Shown piece after piece: positions 37,231-48,001 of a stretch of 64,000 nucleotides of DNA (position 1 is the first letter of the stretch; each line of letters begins with the position of its first letter). Source of the stretch: Candidatus Poribacteria bacterium (GTDB taxonomy: Bacteria; Poribacteria; WGA-4E; WGA-3G); contig OZ242029.1 in NCBI GenBank assembly GCA_965205015.1, positions 3,456,001 to 3,520,000 on the forward strand, written 5' to 3'. The position numbers and the translations under genes were made by a program. Below the pieces are notes generated by a model. It had not been told where the DNA came from, ran no database searches, and saw only the letters and a program-made list of their open reading frames with translations.

Positions 37231-37902
37231 ATGGAGCGTATCAGAAAAATGCTGAAAGTATCCAATGTATCTAAGAGTTATGGGACAGTCGAGGTCCTAC
37301 GGGAGGTTTCGTTTAGTTTCGTGGACGGAACGTCTGTCGCCATTACGGGACCTTCTGGCTCTGGCAAAAGTACGCTTTTACACATCATTGGCACATTGGA
37401 AAAGCCCTCTGGCGGACAGGTCGAAATTAACAACACGGATCCATTTACACTCTCTGAGCCTGAACTGGCGCGATATCGAAACGCTATCATCGGGTTCGTA
37501 TTTCAAGATAATCATCTACTGCCGCAGTATTCCGTGCTTGAAAATGTCCTCATACCGACGCTCGTCTCCAATCGCGGATCTGATGTCTCCGAACGGGCGC
37601 ATGAACTCCTCAAACGGGTAGGACTCTCGCATCGGATGTCGCATCGTCCGCCTGAACTTTCGGGCGGTGAACGACAACGCGTCGCGATTGCTCGTGCCCT
37701 TATGAATCAACCCGATATTCTTCTCTGCGATGAGCCGACCGGAAATTTGGACGGTGCTACGTCCGAAACTATCGTGAATCTGCTTTTTGAACTACGCAGC
37801 CTGGAGCAGAATATGCTCATTGTCGTCACGCACAACCTCGCACTGGTTTCCCGTTTTCAGCAACACCTGCAGCTTTCAGATGGAAGAATGGTAAACGCCT
37901 GA
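37231..37902 (+). CDS. ABC transporter ATP-binding protein (LolD/MacB-like)
   Basis: GPSGSGKST, LSGGERQRVAIARAL, DEPTGNLD. Start may be 37249. Confidence 0.95.
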   Translation: MERIRKMLKVSNVSKSYGTVEVLREVSFSFVDGTSVAITGPSGSGKSTLLHIIGTLEKPSGGQVEINNTDPFTLSEPELARYRNAIIGFVFQDNHLLPQYSVLENVLIPTLVSNRGSDVSERAHELLKRVGLSHRMSHRPPELSGGERQRVAIARALMNQPDILLCDEPTGNLDGATSETIVNLLFELRSLEQNMLIVVTHNLALVSRFQQHLQLSDGRMVNA

Positions 37903-37948
37903 ACTCTGATTTTTATGGTTCACCGTAATTGTCAGAGGTCTCACCGTC

Positions 37949-40900
37949 ATGGAAAATCACATAAATCATAATAAGCCTGGTCTCTTTTCTTGGCGGGCTT
38001 TCAAATACTTTTGGCAGATACATCTCACCGTCGCGCTCTGTACTGCTGTGGCGACCGGTGTCCTCGCAGGTGCCTTGATTGTCGGGGATTCTGTCAGGGG
38101 AAGCCTGCGGGGCTTAACAGAGGAACGCCTCGGCACAATCCAACATGCCCTTCTTGCTGACCGTTTTTTTCCGCCAGGGGTCCTGAATCGACAGAACACG
38201 GTCTCAGCAATCCTGCTTAACGGGACAATCGTCGCGCCGCAAACGCAGACGCGCGCGTCGCGGGTGAACATTCTCGGTGTCCCTGACACCTTCTTCACCT
38301 TTTGGGAAGGCGGGGCTACCCCGCACCTGCGTAAAACATCGGAGCAAACCTTCAACGCCATCGCCATCAACGAGGCACTACAGAGCGAACTGAACGTTGA
38401 AGTAGGCGATACACTCCTTGTAAATGTCCCGCAAACCGCTGACATCCATCGAGAATTCCTTCTCGGCGAGCGCGACGCATCCGAGGCCATCCAAAGCCTA
38501 CGCGTGGTTGTCAGTGAAATTGTGCCTACTGAGAACGTCGGGAGGTTTAGTCTTCGCGCACATCAAAGTCTTCCGTTGAACGCTTTCATCGCGCTCCCGG
38601 TTTTACAAAGCGTCCTTGGGCAAGAGGGGCGCGTAAATGCCCTGTTTACGGCGGAAGCAATTCCAATGTCGTCTGATGATCTCGCATTGGACATGAATGC
38701 ACTCGATTTGGAGGTTCAAGAACACGACACTCACTTTGATCTCCAAAGTCAGCAGTATCTCCTTAAGCCCGTCTTTTCTGATCTCGCATTAACAATCGCT
38801 GCTGAAAACGGCATTCCGACACTCCCGACACTCACCTATCTCGCGAATACGATTTCCGCGAACGGAAAAACCGTTCCATATTCAACAATCGTCGCGCTTC
38901 CTCCTACAGAGATTCCACCCCTACGGGGTTCAGCGGTAAGTGCAACCGGATCCCCTCCCCGTAATGGGGTGGAGGACAGCCCAGGATCCCATCAATTAAA
39001 AAATGAAATTATCCTCAACACATGGGCGGCGACCGACCTGGGTGTAGAAGTCGGGGACGAAGTCAGTGTCACATACTATCGCGTTGGAGTAGGGGAAGAA
39101 TACATCATAGAAAAGGCATCTTTCCTGTTGGGCGGAGTTTTACCGATTGAAGGCATCACCGCCGATAGAGACCTGATTCCTACTTTTCCCGGTATTCATG
39201 AGACGGCTGACATGTCCGAGTGGGAATCCCCATTTCCGATCGATTATTCCTTGATTCGCAGTAAAGACGAAGTGTATTGGGATGAATACGGCGCAACGCC
39301 GAAAGCGTTTATTCCGCTCGAAACCGGTAAGGAACTTTGGAAAAACCGCTTCGGAGACCTCACGGCGATTCGGTTCGGTATCACGCCAAACGCAGCCCTT
39401 CAAGCAACACGCACGCTTTTCGAAACTGAATTCCTCAGAAAGGTTCAACCCGCGCAGGTCGGATTCCGATTCTTGGCACTTCAAGCTGACGGACGCCGAG
39501 CCTCTGCTGGCGCAACAGATTTCGGGATGCTCTTTAGCAGTCTGAGTGGCTTTATCATCATTGCTGTCGCATTGTTAGTGGGGATGCTTTTCCGTATCGG
39601 TGTAGAGCAAAGATCGCGTGAAATTGGTATTTTACAAGCCATCGGTTATCCGCTCACTATAATCCGTCGCCGGTTCCTTTCTGAAGGGTTCATCATCGCC
39701 GGTATCGGGAGTCTCTGCGGGTGTCTGCTCGCGGTCGGGTATGCGCAATTGATGATATACGGATTGCAGACGTGGTGGTTACCTGCTATCGGTACCCCGT
39801 TTATGGAACTTCACGTCGGTGTATGGAGTCTACTGATCGGAGCATTTATCTCACTCGCTGTTGTGATGCTCTCTATCCGCATGACAGTTCACAAATTGGG
39901 AAGAACTTCTACCGTTTCGCTCCTCGCAGGTAGAACCGATTTTGTTGATGCGACGATAGCAGATGAATACAGAACAAAAAAAATAAGATTCCTTCTCGCG
40001 TTGGCTGCTGCCATTGGATTGGGGATCGGTCTATGGGTGGAACAGCTTGTTGTGAGTCTCTTGTTCCTGGCACTGTTCATTATTGGTATAGGGTCAGAGA
40101 CATTTGATAAATGGTTAAAATCACAGAACGTCCCGAAACAGTTGAACAGAACCCGATTTGCCATCAGAAACGCTGCGCGACAACCCGGACGGAGCAAGAC
40201 CTGTGTTGCCACCATCAGCATCGCGTGCTGTATCATCGTCGCGGTGGGGGCAAATCGGCATGATGCGCCCCCGGAGACAGAATACGCCTTTGTGGCTGAA
40301 TCTGCGCTCCCTTTACACCACAATTTAAACACGCCTGACGGTAGGTTTGAACTCGGTTTTTCCGATAAAGCCTCTGAACTGCTGAGTGCCTCGGCGGTGA
40401 TTCCGTTTCGTGTATTACCGGGTGAAGATGTCAGTTGTCTGAACCTCTATCAGCCCCAAAAACCGCAAATTTTAGGGGCTTCCGATGTAATGTTGGACGC
40501 AGCCCCGTGGGTCGGCTTGCAGTTAACGCCCACTGAAAACGGCAAAATTCCTGCGATCGGCGATGAAAAGTCGCTCCGTTGGATTTTGCATCACAACCCG
40601 GACGACGATTTTATTGTCCAAGATGAATTTGGAGCGCCACTCCACCTTGAACTTGAGACGATTGCGAACAGTCTGTTCCAAAGCCAATTGATCATCTCCG
40701 AGTCCAATTTCACAAAATACTTCCCCAGTCAAAGCGGATACCAATTTTTCCTCATCAAAACGCCGCTTGCGTTGCGAGAGGAGACGGCACAGGTCTTAGA
40801 GAAAACGTTAGGAGACTACGGTTTTGACCTGACGTCTGCGTCCGCACGTTTGGCGAGTTATCGAGCGGTTGAAAATACCTATATCTCCACCTTTCAAAGT

Positions 40901-41254
40901 CTCGGTGGTTTAGGGGTGCTCCTCGGTACTTTCGGGTTGGCATTGGTGCTGTTTCGGAATATCATTGAACGTCGCGGCGAATTGGCGACCCTGCGTGCCT
41001 TTGGGTTCCAGCGACGGTTACTCTCACGGATGCTTTTTCTTGAAAGTTGTTTCCTCCTCGTTATTGGAATGCTTATCGGGATCGTCGCCGGACTTGCCTC
41101 GATTTTCGTTTCACAGGGACATCTCCCCGCTTTTCCGTGGTTTTCCCTCACAATTACCTTGCTTTTCATCTTCGGTTTTGGTATAATTGCAAATGTCGTT
41201 GCCGTTTCTGTGGCACTCCGAAGTCCACTCTTGGCAACGCTGAAAGCAGAATAA
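37949..41254 (+). CDS. FtsX/MacB-type ABC transporter permease, duplicated
   Basis: Two permease halves (EQRSREIGILQAIG and ERRGELATLRAFGF) with large periplasmic domains. Follows the ATPase gene. Confidence 0.9.
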   Translation: MENHINHNKPGLFSWRAFKYFWQIHLTVALCTAVATGVLAGALIVGDSVRGSLRGLTEERLGTIQHALLADRFFPPGVLNRQNTVSAILLNGTIVAPQTQTRASRVNILGVPDTFFTFWEGGATPHLRKTSEQTFNAIAINEALQSELNVEVGDTLLVNVPQTADIHREFLLGERDASEAIQSLRVVVSEIVPTENVGRFSLRAHQSLPLNAFIALPVLQSVLGQEGRVNALFTAEAIPMSSDDLALDMNALDLEVQEHDTHFDLQSQQYLLKPVFSDLALTIAAENGIPTLPTLTYLANTISANGKTVPYSTIVALPPTEIPPLRGSAVSATGSPPRNGVEDSPGSHQLKNEIILNTWAATDLGVEVGDEVSVTYYRVGVGEEYIIEKASFLLGGVLPIEGITADRDLIPTFPGIHETADMSEWESPFPIDYSLIRSKDEVYWDEYGATPKAFIPLETGKELWKNRFGDLTAIRFGITPNAALQATRTLFETEFLRKVQPAQVGFRFLALQADGRRASAGATDFGMLFSSLSGFIIIAVALLVGMLFRIGVEQRSREIGILQAIGYPLTIIRRRFLSEGFIIAGIGSLCGCLLAVGYAQLMIYGLQTWWLPAIGTPFMELHVGVWSLLIGAFISLAVVMLSIRMTVHKLGRTSTVSLLAGRTDFVDATIADEYRTKKIRFLLALAAAIGLGIGLWVEQLVVSLLFLALFIIGIGSETFDKWLKSQNVPKQLNRTRFAIRNAARQPGRSKTCVATISIACCIIVAVGANRHDAPPETEYAFVAESALPLHHNLNTPDGRFELGFSDKASELLSASAVIPFRVLPGEDVSCLNLYQPQKPQILGASDVMLDAAPWVGLQLTPTENGKIPAIGDEKSLRWILHHNPDDDFIVQDEFGAPLHLELETIANSLFQSQLIISESNFTKYFPSQSGYQFFLIKTPLALREETAQVLEKTLGDYGFDLTSASARLASYRAVENTYISTFQSLGGLGVLLGTFGLALVLFRNIIERRGELATLRAFGFQRRLLSRMLFLESCFLLVIGMLIGIVAGLASIFVSQGHLPAFPWFSLTITLLFIFGFGIIANVVAVSVALRSPLLATLKAE

Positions 41255-41417
41255 GTCTTGAGTCACCGGTTTTTTGGTCGCTCAAGTGCTTATAGGGTAT
41301 GGTATTGCGGAGGGTCGTCAAGGGTTAGTCTGCAATCCAAACGTGTTCCTTTGACGACCCCTCTAATAGAAGTGATAGATGGGTTTGTAACTGCCTCGTG
41401 TCACAGGGAAAAGCAAG

Positions 41418-42020
41418 ATGTCTCACATTCAGTTCAAAACGGTGACTTACATTATATATGTAACCGTATGTGCCTCTTGCCTGCTGATGCAGAGCGGTTG
41501 TTCCCGGGACTCCGACCCAAACACGTCGACGGCGCTGGACTACATGGCGCGCGGATGGCGTTCCTACGAATCAGGGAACTATGCACAGGCATTGCTCAGT
41601 TTTGAGCGCGCAATTAACTTCGATGAAAATCTTGCCGATGCGCATAACGGTGTGGGATGGAGTCATCTCAGCCTATCGCTAAATCCGCCCCTGGCACAAG
41701 AAGCCTTCCAGAACGCCGTGCAGCTCGACGCCTCAAATGCGGACGCATGGGTCGGACTTGCGAATCTGCTTTTTTTGCGCCACAAAGATACCAACGATTT
41801 CCGATCTGCTATCCGAGCGATTGATAACGCACTACAAGGTGATGCTCAATACCTCTTCCGACACGACTATCGTTCCAAAGCCGAACTCTATGTGCTTAAG
41901 GCGGCGTGCTATTACTATCTCGGTGAAGATGCGCCTGCAAAACGGGAAGTTGGCAAGGCGCTTCAAATTGAAACGACGAATAAGACAGCCATCGTGCTGC
42001 GAGATCTACTTAAAGAATAA
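41418..42020 (+). CDS. TPR-repeat lipoprotein
   Basis: QSGC lipobox-like motif and TPR helices (ADAHNGVGW, ADAWVGLA). Confidence 0.8.
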   Translation: MSHIQFKTVTYIIYVTVCASCLLMQSGCSRDSDPNTSTALDYMARGWRSYESGNYAQALLSFERAINFDENLADAHNGVGWSHLSLSLNPPLAQEAFQNAVQLDASNADAWVGLANLLFLRHKDTNDFRSAIRAIDNALQGDAQYLFRHDYRSKAELYVLKAACYYYLGEDAPAKREVGKALQIETTNKTAIVLRDLLKE

Positions 42021-42182
42021 ACGGGTATCAGTACGCCTGATGCACAGACTTTCCGTTAATGGTTATCGGTTACAAGCGGCTGTTTTGCTTGGGGTGTTTC
42101 TGCGGATGTCCCTTGTTAAACGAAACCTCTTAACCGACAACTGACAACCGACGACCGACAACCAATATAAGGAGAAACAAGT

Positions 42183-43076
42183 ATGTCTCAGAACGTTATC
42201 ACGTCTACAGACTTAACGAATTATACACCCGCTCACCGTGGAAAAGTCCGGGATCTATATGATCTTGGCGATGAACTTCTGATTATTTCCACAGATCGTA
42301 TTTCCGCTTTTGATGTTGTTCTGCCCAACGGCATTCCAGATAAAGGGAAGGTCTTAACCGGTTTATCCAAATTCTGGTTCAAGTACACCGAATCCGTTGC
42401 TGACAACCATCTCATTTCAACGGAGGTCGAGGCGTATCCCGAAGCTTTACAGTCTGACGCAGAATTGCTCGAAGGACGCTCTATGCTTGTCCGTAAAGCC
42501 GATCGGGTGGATGTTGAGTGTGTTGTACGTGGGTACCTTGCCGGTTCCGGTTGGTCCTCCTATCAGAAGACGGGAGAAATCTGTGGTCAGAAACTACCCG
42601 ACGGACTGCAGGAATCTGATCGACTTCCAGAGCTTCTGTTCACGCCAACCACCAAAGCCGAACAGGGGGAGCATGACGAACCGATCTCCATTGAGGAGAT
42701 GCGGAACGAGGTCGGTAGTGAACTTACGGATCAGTTGATTGAAACCAGTTTTGCCCTTTTCAGAGCCGCCAGTGAACACGCCGAAAACGCTGGGATTATC
42801 CTCTGCGATACGAAGTTTGAGTTCGGACAACGCGACGGAAAACTCATCGTCATTGATGAGGTCTTCACGCCGGACTCCTCTCGGTTCTGGCCCGCCGATC
42901 TCTATGAACCCGGTCAACCGCAGCAGAGTTTTGATAAACAGTTCGTGAGGGATTACCTTTCCGAAATCGGTTGGAATAAACAACCTCCTGCGCCTGAGCT
43001 GCCGGAGGATGTTATCTCCAGAACAAGCGAGAAATATCGCGAGGCGTATCGCCTCATCGTCGGTGAAGAACTGTAG
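42183..43076 (+). CDS. purC: Phosphoribosylaminoimidazolesuccinocarboxamide synthase
   Basis: GKVRDLY, DRISAFD, ECVVRGYLAGSGW, DTKFEFG, TPDSSRFW, FDKQFVRD. Confidence 0.98.
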   Translation: MSQNVITSTDLTNYTPAHRGKVRDLYDLGDELLIISTDRISAFDVVLPNGIPDKGKVLTGLSKFWFKYTESVADNHLISTEVEAYPEALQSDAELLEGRSMLVRKADRVDVECVVRGYLAGSGWSSYQKTGEICGQKLPDGLQESDRLPELLFTPTTKAEQGEHDEPISIEEMRNEVGSELTDQLIETSFALFRAASEHAENAGIILCDTKFEFGQRDGKLIVIDEVFTPDSSRFWPADLYEPGQPQQSFDKQFVRDYLSEIGWNKQPPAPELPEDVISRTSEKYREAYRLIVGEEL

Positions 43077-43095
43077 CCTACGGGAGAGATAGCAG

Positions 43096-44283
43096 ATGGC
43101 AGGTCCACTCGATGGAATGAAGGTTTTGGATTTGACCCGGGTTCTCGCCGGTCCGTATGCAACAATGCTCCTTGGGGACCTCGGGGCAGAGGTCATTAAG
43201 ATTGAACAGCCCGGTACAGGCGACGAATCCCGAAATTTCGGTCCCTTCAAAAATGGGTTCAGCCTCTATTTTATGAGTGTAAATCGTGGAAAGCAGAGCG
43301 TGACCCTCAACCTTAAAACCGAGCGTGGACAGGCAGTATTCAAGCGGTTGTTGAAGCAGACCGATGTCCTTGTTGAGAACTTCCGTCCGGGGACGATGGA
43401 AAAATTGGGGTTGGACTACGACACGCTGAAAGTCGAGCACCCATCGCTGATCTACGCCGCGTGTTCCGGTTTCGGACAGACCGGTCCCTATGCCCAGCAA
43501 GGGGCATACGACATGATTATCCAAGGCATGGGGGGGATCATCAGCATCACAGGAGCACCCGACGGACCCCCTGTGCGTGTCGGTACCTCTATTAGCGACA
43601 TCACCGCTGCCCTCTTCACCACAATCGGGGTTCTCTCCGCGTTGCACCATCGCAATCGGACGGGTAGCGGACAGTTGGTCGATGTTGCGATGTTAGATAG
43701 TCTCGTTGCTGTCTTGGAAAACGCCGTTGTCCGTTATTTTGCGACTGGTGAAGCCCCGAAACCACTGGGGGCGAGACATCCAGCGATTACACCCTTTGAA
43801 GCGTTTGCTTCCGCCGATGGACACGTCATTATCGCACTCGGAAACGATACCCTCTGGGCAAAATTTTGTGAACATGTTGATCGGCAGGAACTCATTTCAG
43901 ATGAACGGTTCCGAACGAACGCTGATCGAACCGAGAATCACGGTGAATTGTTTCCTATTCTCTCGGAGGTCATGTCCGAACGCAAGACGGATGACTGGAT
44001 TGATGCGCTTGGTGCGATTGGTGTACCGTGTGGTCCGATCAATGCAATGGACAAAGTCGTCAGTCATCCACAGGTGCAGGCGCGCGAGATGATTACGCGC
44101 ATTGCGCATGGCATTACGGGGGAAGTGGAGGTGCCGGGAGTGCCGATTAAACTTTCGGAAACACCTGGAAACGTGGATGCTCCGGCACCGAGTCTCGGAG
44201 AACATACGACCGCGGTGCTGACAGACCTGTTGAAAATGTCTCCGGATGAAGTCGAAGCGTTAAGGCGGGACGGGGTTGTTTAA
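43096..44283 (+). CDS. CaiB/BaiF family III CoA-transferase
   Basis: LDLTRVLAGPY, NRGKQS, VENFRPG, GFGQTGP, AP.LGEHT. Confidence 0.95.
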   Translation: MAGPLDGMKVLDLTRVLAGPYATMLLGDLGAEVIKIEQPGTGDESRNFGPFKNGFSLYFMSVNRGKQSVTLNLKTERGQAVFKRLLKQTDVLVENFRPGTMEKLGLDYDTLKVEHPSLIYAACSGFGQTGPYAQQGAYDMIIQGMGGIISITGAPDGPPVRVGTSISDITAALFTTIGVLSALHHRNRTGSGQLVDVAMLDSLVAVLENAVVRYFATGEAPKPLGARHPAITPFEAFASADGHVIIALGNDTLWAKFCEHVDRQELISDERFRTNADRTENHGELFPILSEVMSERKTDDWIDALGAIGVPCGPINAMDKVVSHPQVQAREMITRIAHGITGEVEVPGVPIKLSETPGNVDAPAPSLGEHTTAVLTDLLKMSPDEVEALRRDGVV

Positions 44284-44473
44284 TTTTTTTTTCGGTTCAC
44301 TCCTAACAGGATTTCGTAGGCGTGTGTCTTACTTAAAGTCCTTAACCAAAACCGCAGCTTGCAACAATACGCAGAAATACGCAGAAACGCACAAGCAAAA
44401 CACGCAAGCGGATATACAGAGAAGAACGCAGTTATAAAAACGCGCGTCGTTCTTCCGCAAGGTAAATTCAAAG

Positions 44474-46735
44474 ATGTCAAACGAAACCGCTCAGGTGTTA
44501 GATGGAACGGAACCTTTAACGTTAGACGGCGATCTTGCCGCACAGATGGTTGAGGCTCTTGATGGTTATGTCTCCCGCGCGGGAGTTGATTCCATCGAAG
44601 GTCGCATCGAATTGTGGAATCGCGATTATAGTTCACACAATGCCTATACCGGATCCGTCGAACCGAATCGCGCACGACTGCGCAAGCGGATCGGTTGCCT
44701 CGATTCACGGTTACCAATTGAGGAGCTTACCTATAGTGCCACAACGAAAACCTCGGCACAACTCACAGAAGGTGAGAATTACACTGTATCCCGCGTTCGA
44801 TGGCAGGTTTTTGATGAAGTGGAGGGCGAAGGACTATTGTTGGAACCGAAGCATAACGTTCCAATGATGGCGCAGATTGTTGCCCTGCCAGATGCCGATT
44901 GGACACCGGAAATGATAGCTGGGGTGACGGATGAATTACCAGCGAATGCCCAGTTTGCGAGACGTTTGGCGAAGGCGGGCTGTCGTGTCGTTGTTCCGCT
45001 CCTGATTAACCGAGACGATACCTATTCAGGAAACCCAACACTCGGCGCGATGACGAATCAACCGCATCGCGAATTCATCTATCGGATGGCGTTTGAACTC
45101 GGAAGACATATCATTGGGTATGAAGTCCAGAAGGTCTTATCGTTAGTGGACTGGATGTCTCTTGCCGATGCACCGATCGGTGTAATTGGATACGGTGAAG
45201 GTGGATTAATTGCGTTCTACAGTGCTGCAGTCGATACACGAATTCAGGTGGCAACTGTGAGTGGATATTTCCAATCACGGCAGGAGGTCTGGCGCGAACC
45301 GATCTATCGAAATGTATGGGGATTGCTACACGAATTTGGCGACGCTGAAATTGCGAGTCTTGTCGCACCGCGTCCGTTGATTATTGAAACGAGTCGAGGC
45401 CCTGAAGTCGTCGGTCCGCCAGCCGTTCGCGATGGACGGGGAGGGGCTGCACCCGGTCAGTTGGTGTCACCACCGCTCCATGCAGTAGAAGCAGAATTTG
45501 AACGCGCCCGTGATTTTTATCAAATGCTTGACAGTGGAGATGCCTTGCGCCTGATTTCTCCTGTAGATGGATTATCGGGTTCTGCAGAGGCGTTAACGGC
45601 TTTGCTTACCGGACTCGGTGTTGTTGAAAACGCACACATTGACAGCCACTACCTTCTTTCTTCAAACCCTGTTAGCGATTTTGATTACGAGGCGCGGCAG
45701 CAGCGACAATTCATGCAACTGGTGAATCTATCGCAACGCTTCTTAAGAGAAGCAGCCTCGCGACGGCAGCAGTTCTTCTGGAAAAAAACCGATACCTCTT
45801 CACTCACGCAATGGGAAGAAACCTGTGCGGATGCCAAAACCTATTTCTGGGATGAAGTTATCGGTAGGTGCCCACCCCCCGATGTGCCTACCAACCCAAG
45901 GACTCGGCTCATCTATGATGAACCGCTCTGGAAAGGTTATGAGGTTCTCCTCGATGTCTGGGAGGACGTTTTTGCCTACGGTATCTTGCTCCTTCCGAAC
46001 GGTCTCCAACCCGGCGAACAGCGTCCTGTTGTTGTTTGTCAACACGGTTTAGAGGGACGCCCACAGGATACCGCCGATCCGAGAATAGAATCCGTCTATC
46101 ACTCCTATGCCGCCCAGTTAGCGGACAGAGGGTTCGTCGTCTACGCACCACAAAATCCGTACATCGGTCAAGATGCCTTCCGTGTCATTCAACGTAAGGC
46201 AAATCCGGTAAAATGGTCACTCTTTTCGTTGATTGTCCGTCAACATGAGCGAACATTGGATTGGCTCGCAGAACAACCTTTTGTTGATGCGGATCGGATC
46301 GGTTTTTACGGGTTATCTTACGGTGGCAAAACGGCGATGCGCGTCCCCGCGTTGTTGGAACGCTACGCTTGCTCCATCTGTTCCGCAGATTTCAACGAAT
46401 GGATCGTCAAGAATGCGACCTATCATTCCCGGTACAGTTACATGTTTGGCGGCGAGTATGAAATGCCGGAATTCGATTTAGGGAATACCTTTAACTACGG
46501 TGAAATGGCGGGATTGATCGCGCCGCGTCCGTTTATGGTGGAGCGTGGACATGATGATGGTGTCGCACCCGATGAATGGGTCGCACACGAATTCGCTGTC
46601 GTGCGTCGGCTTTACGTTCAGTTGGGAATCGCTGATAGGACAGAGATCGAATTCTTTGATGGTGGGCATCAGATTAATTCCGATAGAACGTTCCGGTTCC
46701 TACATCGCCACCTGAATTGGCCCGAACCGCAATAG
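44474..46735 (+). CDS. Tandem alpha/beta-hydrolase (dienelactone hydrolase-like)
   Basis: Two hydrolase halves. N-half elbow GYGEGG is degenerate; C-half has GLSYGG, ERGHDD, F.GGH. Confidence 0.8.
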   Translation: MSNETAQVLDGTEPLTLDGDLAAQMVEALDGYVSRAGVDSIEGRIELWNRDYSSHNAYTGSVEPNRARLRKRIGCLDSRLPIEELTYSATTKTSAQLTEGENYTVSRVRWQVFDEVEGEGLLLEPKHNVPMMAQIVALPDADWTPEMIAGVTDELPANAQFARRLAKAGCRVVVPLLINRDDTYSGNPTLGAMTNQPHREFIYRMAFELGRHIIGYEVQKVLSLVDWMSLADAPIGVIGYGEGGLIAFYSAAVDTRIQVATVSGYFQSRQEVWREPIYRNVWGLLHEFGDAEIASLVAPRPLIIETSRGPEVVGPPAVRDGRGGAAPGQLVSPPLHAVEAEFERARDFYQMLDSGDALRLISPVDGLSGSAEALTALLTGLGVVENAHIDSHYLLSSNPVSDFDYEARQQRQFMQLVNLSQRFLREAASRRQQFFWKKTDTSSLTQWEETCADAKTYFWDEVIGRCPPPDVPTNPRTRLIYDEPLWKGYEVLLDVWEDVFAYGILLLPNGLQPGEQRPVVVCQHGLEGRPQDTADPRIESVYHSYAAQLADRGFVVYAPQNPYIGQDAFRVIQRKANPVKWSLFSLIVRQHERTLDWLAEQPFVDADRIGFYGLSYGGKTAMRVPALLERYACSICSADFNEWIVKNATYHSRYSYMFGGEYEMPEFDLGNTFNYGEMAGLIAPRPFMVERGHDDGVAPDEWVAHEFAVVRRLYVQLGIADRTEIEFFDGGHQINSDRTFRFLHRHLNWPEPQ

Positions 46736-46907
46736 ATACGGTTTCCTAACTGCATTGGTACTCGTCTGAATCTTGGATTGACGCGAATTATCGCAAAAAT
46801 CACAATTCAGACGAGACCGTAGCCCGTAATGAAATGGAGGGCGGCTATGAAGAAAGGCGCGTTGAATGCCAATCCTACGTCGTTCCTCCGCAAGGTAAGT
46901 TAAAAGA

Positions 46908-47966
46908 ATGCTTTACGCAATCACTGTAAGCGCAGGATTAGAGACCATCGCACGTCAGGAGTTATCCGAACGTTTTGCTGACACGGGGCAGCTGAAAATC
47001 CTTGAACGGAAGCCGCAGCGGATCCTCTTCCAATATGCGGGTAACCCCCGTGAACTGCTATCGCTACGGACAGCCGAACATCTTTTCCTCATTCTAAAGC
47101 GGATGCCGAAAATGACACGCTCACGCAGTTCCCTATCGGCATTAAGTGGTTCGCTGGCGCGCTTCAATTTCAAGGAGGCGTTTGCGTGTTGTCGGCAGGT
47201 AGGTATCAACGCGCGGAAACGGATGCCGTTTCGGGTGACAAGTCGGCTCTCAGGAAAGCGCAATTTCCGCCGGGTTGATCTCCAACGCGTCGTTGAACGG
47301 GCGTTGTTAGAACGGGGCTGGTATTTGAAGTCGTCAAATTCGGCTTTAGATATTTGGGCAGAGGTACATGGGGACGACGGCTACATTAGCATCAAACTTT
47401 CCGCAAACGATATGGCGCAACGTCCGTATAAACAGGCGCATATTCCTGCCTCTCTCAAACCGACGCTGGCATACAGTATGGTCCGCCTTTCACGACCGCA
47501 TCCAGACGATGTCTTTTTGGACGCCATGTGTGGTGCCGGGACGATCCTTTTGGAACGCGCACTTATCAAGCGGTATCGGTACCTGATTGGCGGGGATGTC
47601 TCTACGGATGCTTTAGACGCGACCGTGACGAATTTCGGGCGTAAACATCAACCGCGCCAATTTTTTCACTGGGATGCCCAAAAATTGCCGTTAGGATCGA
47701 ACACCGTTGATAAAATCGTCTGTAACCTCCCCTTCGGAGAGACGATCGGGAATGTGCCGCAACTGACAAACTTATATCGCCAGTGTCTCAGGGAATACGA
47801 ACGCGTCCTGAGACCGAGGGGACGGATGGTGCTACTCACTTCGCAAAACACGCTGCTCAATGACGAACTGAGGCAACGCCGTTCTCTCAGCGTTACCCAG
47901 CAACTGACGGTAGATGTGCGCGGCATGCGCGCTCAGATGTCTGTTGTCTGTCCCAAAACACGGTAG
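46908..47966 (+). CDS. THUMP-domain SAM-dependent RNA methyltransferase (RlmL/Trm14-like)
   Basis: AGLE..A..E, ASLKPTLA, DAMCGAGTI, NLPFG. Confidence 0.85.
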   Translation: MLYAITVSAGLETIARQELSERFADTGQLKILERKPQRILFQYAGNPRELLSLRTAEHLFLILKRMPKMTRSRSSLSALSGSLARFNFKEAFACCRQVGINARKRMPFRVTSRLSGKRNFRRVDLQRVVERALLERGWYLKSSNSALDIWAEVHGDDGYISIKLSANDMAQRPYKQAHIPASLKPTLAYSMVRLSRPHPDDVFLDAMCGAGTILLERALIKRYRYLIGGDVSTDALDATVTNFGRKHQPRQFFHWDAQKLPLGSNTVDKIVCNLPFGETIGNVPQLTNLYRQCLREYERVLRPRGRMVLLTSQNTLLNDELRQRRSLSVTQQLTVDVRGMRAQMSVVCPKTR

Positions 47967-48001
47967 ATGCGGTTTGAAAATAGCAGTCGGCAATCAGTTT
48001 G

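Noticed and set aside
42594-43650. Long antisense ORFs (218 aa, 190 aa) and similar shadow ORFs throughout the window
   Set aside because: They lie opposite well-conserved genes (purC, CoA-transferase) and have no motifs. Expected antisense open frames.
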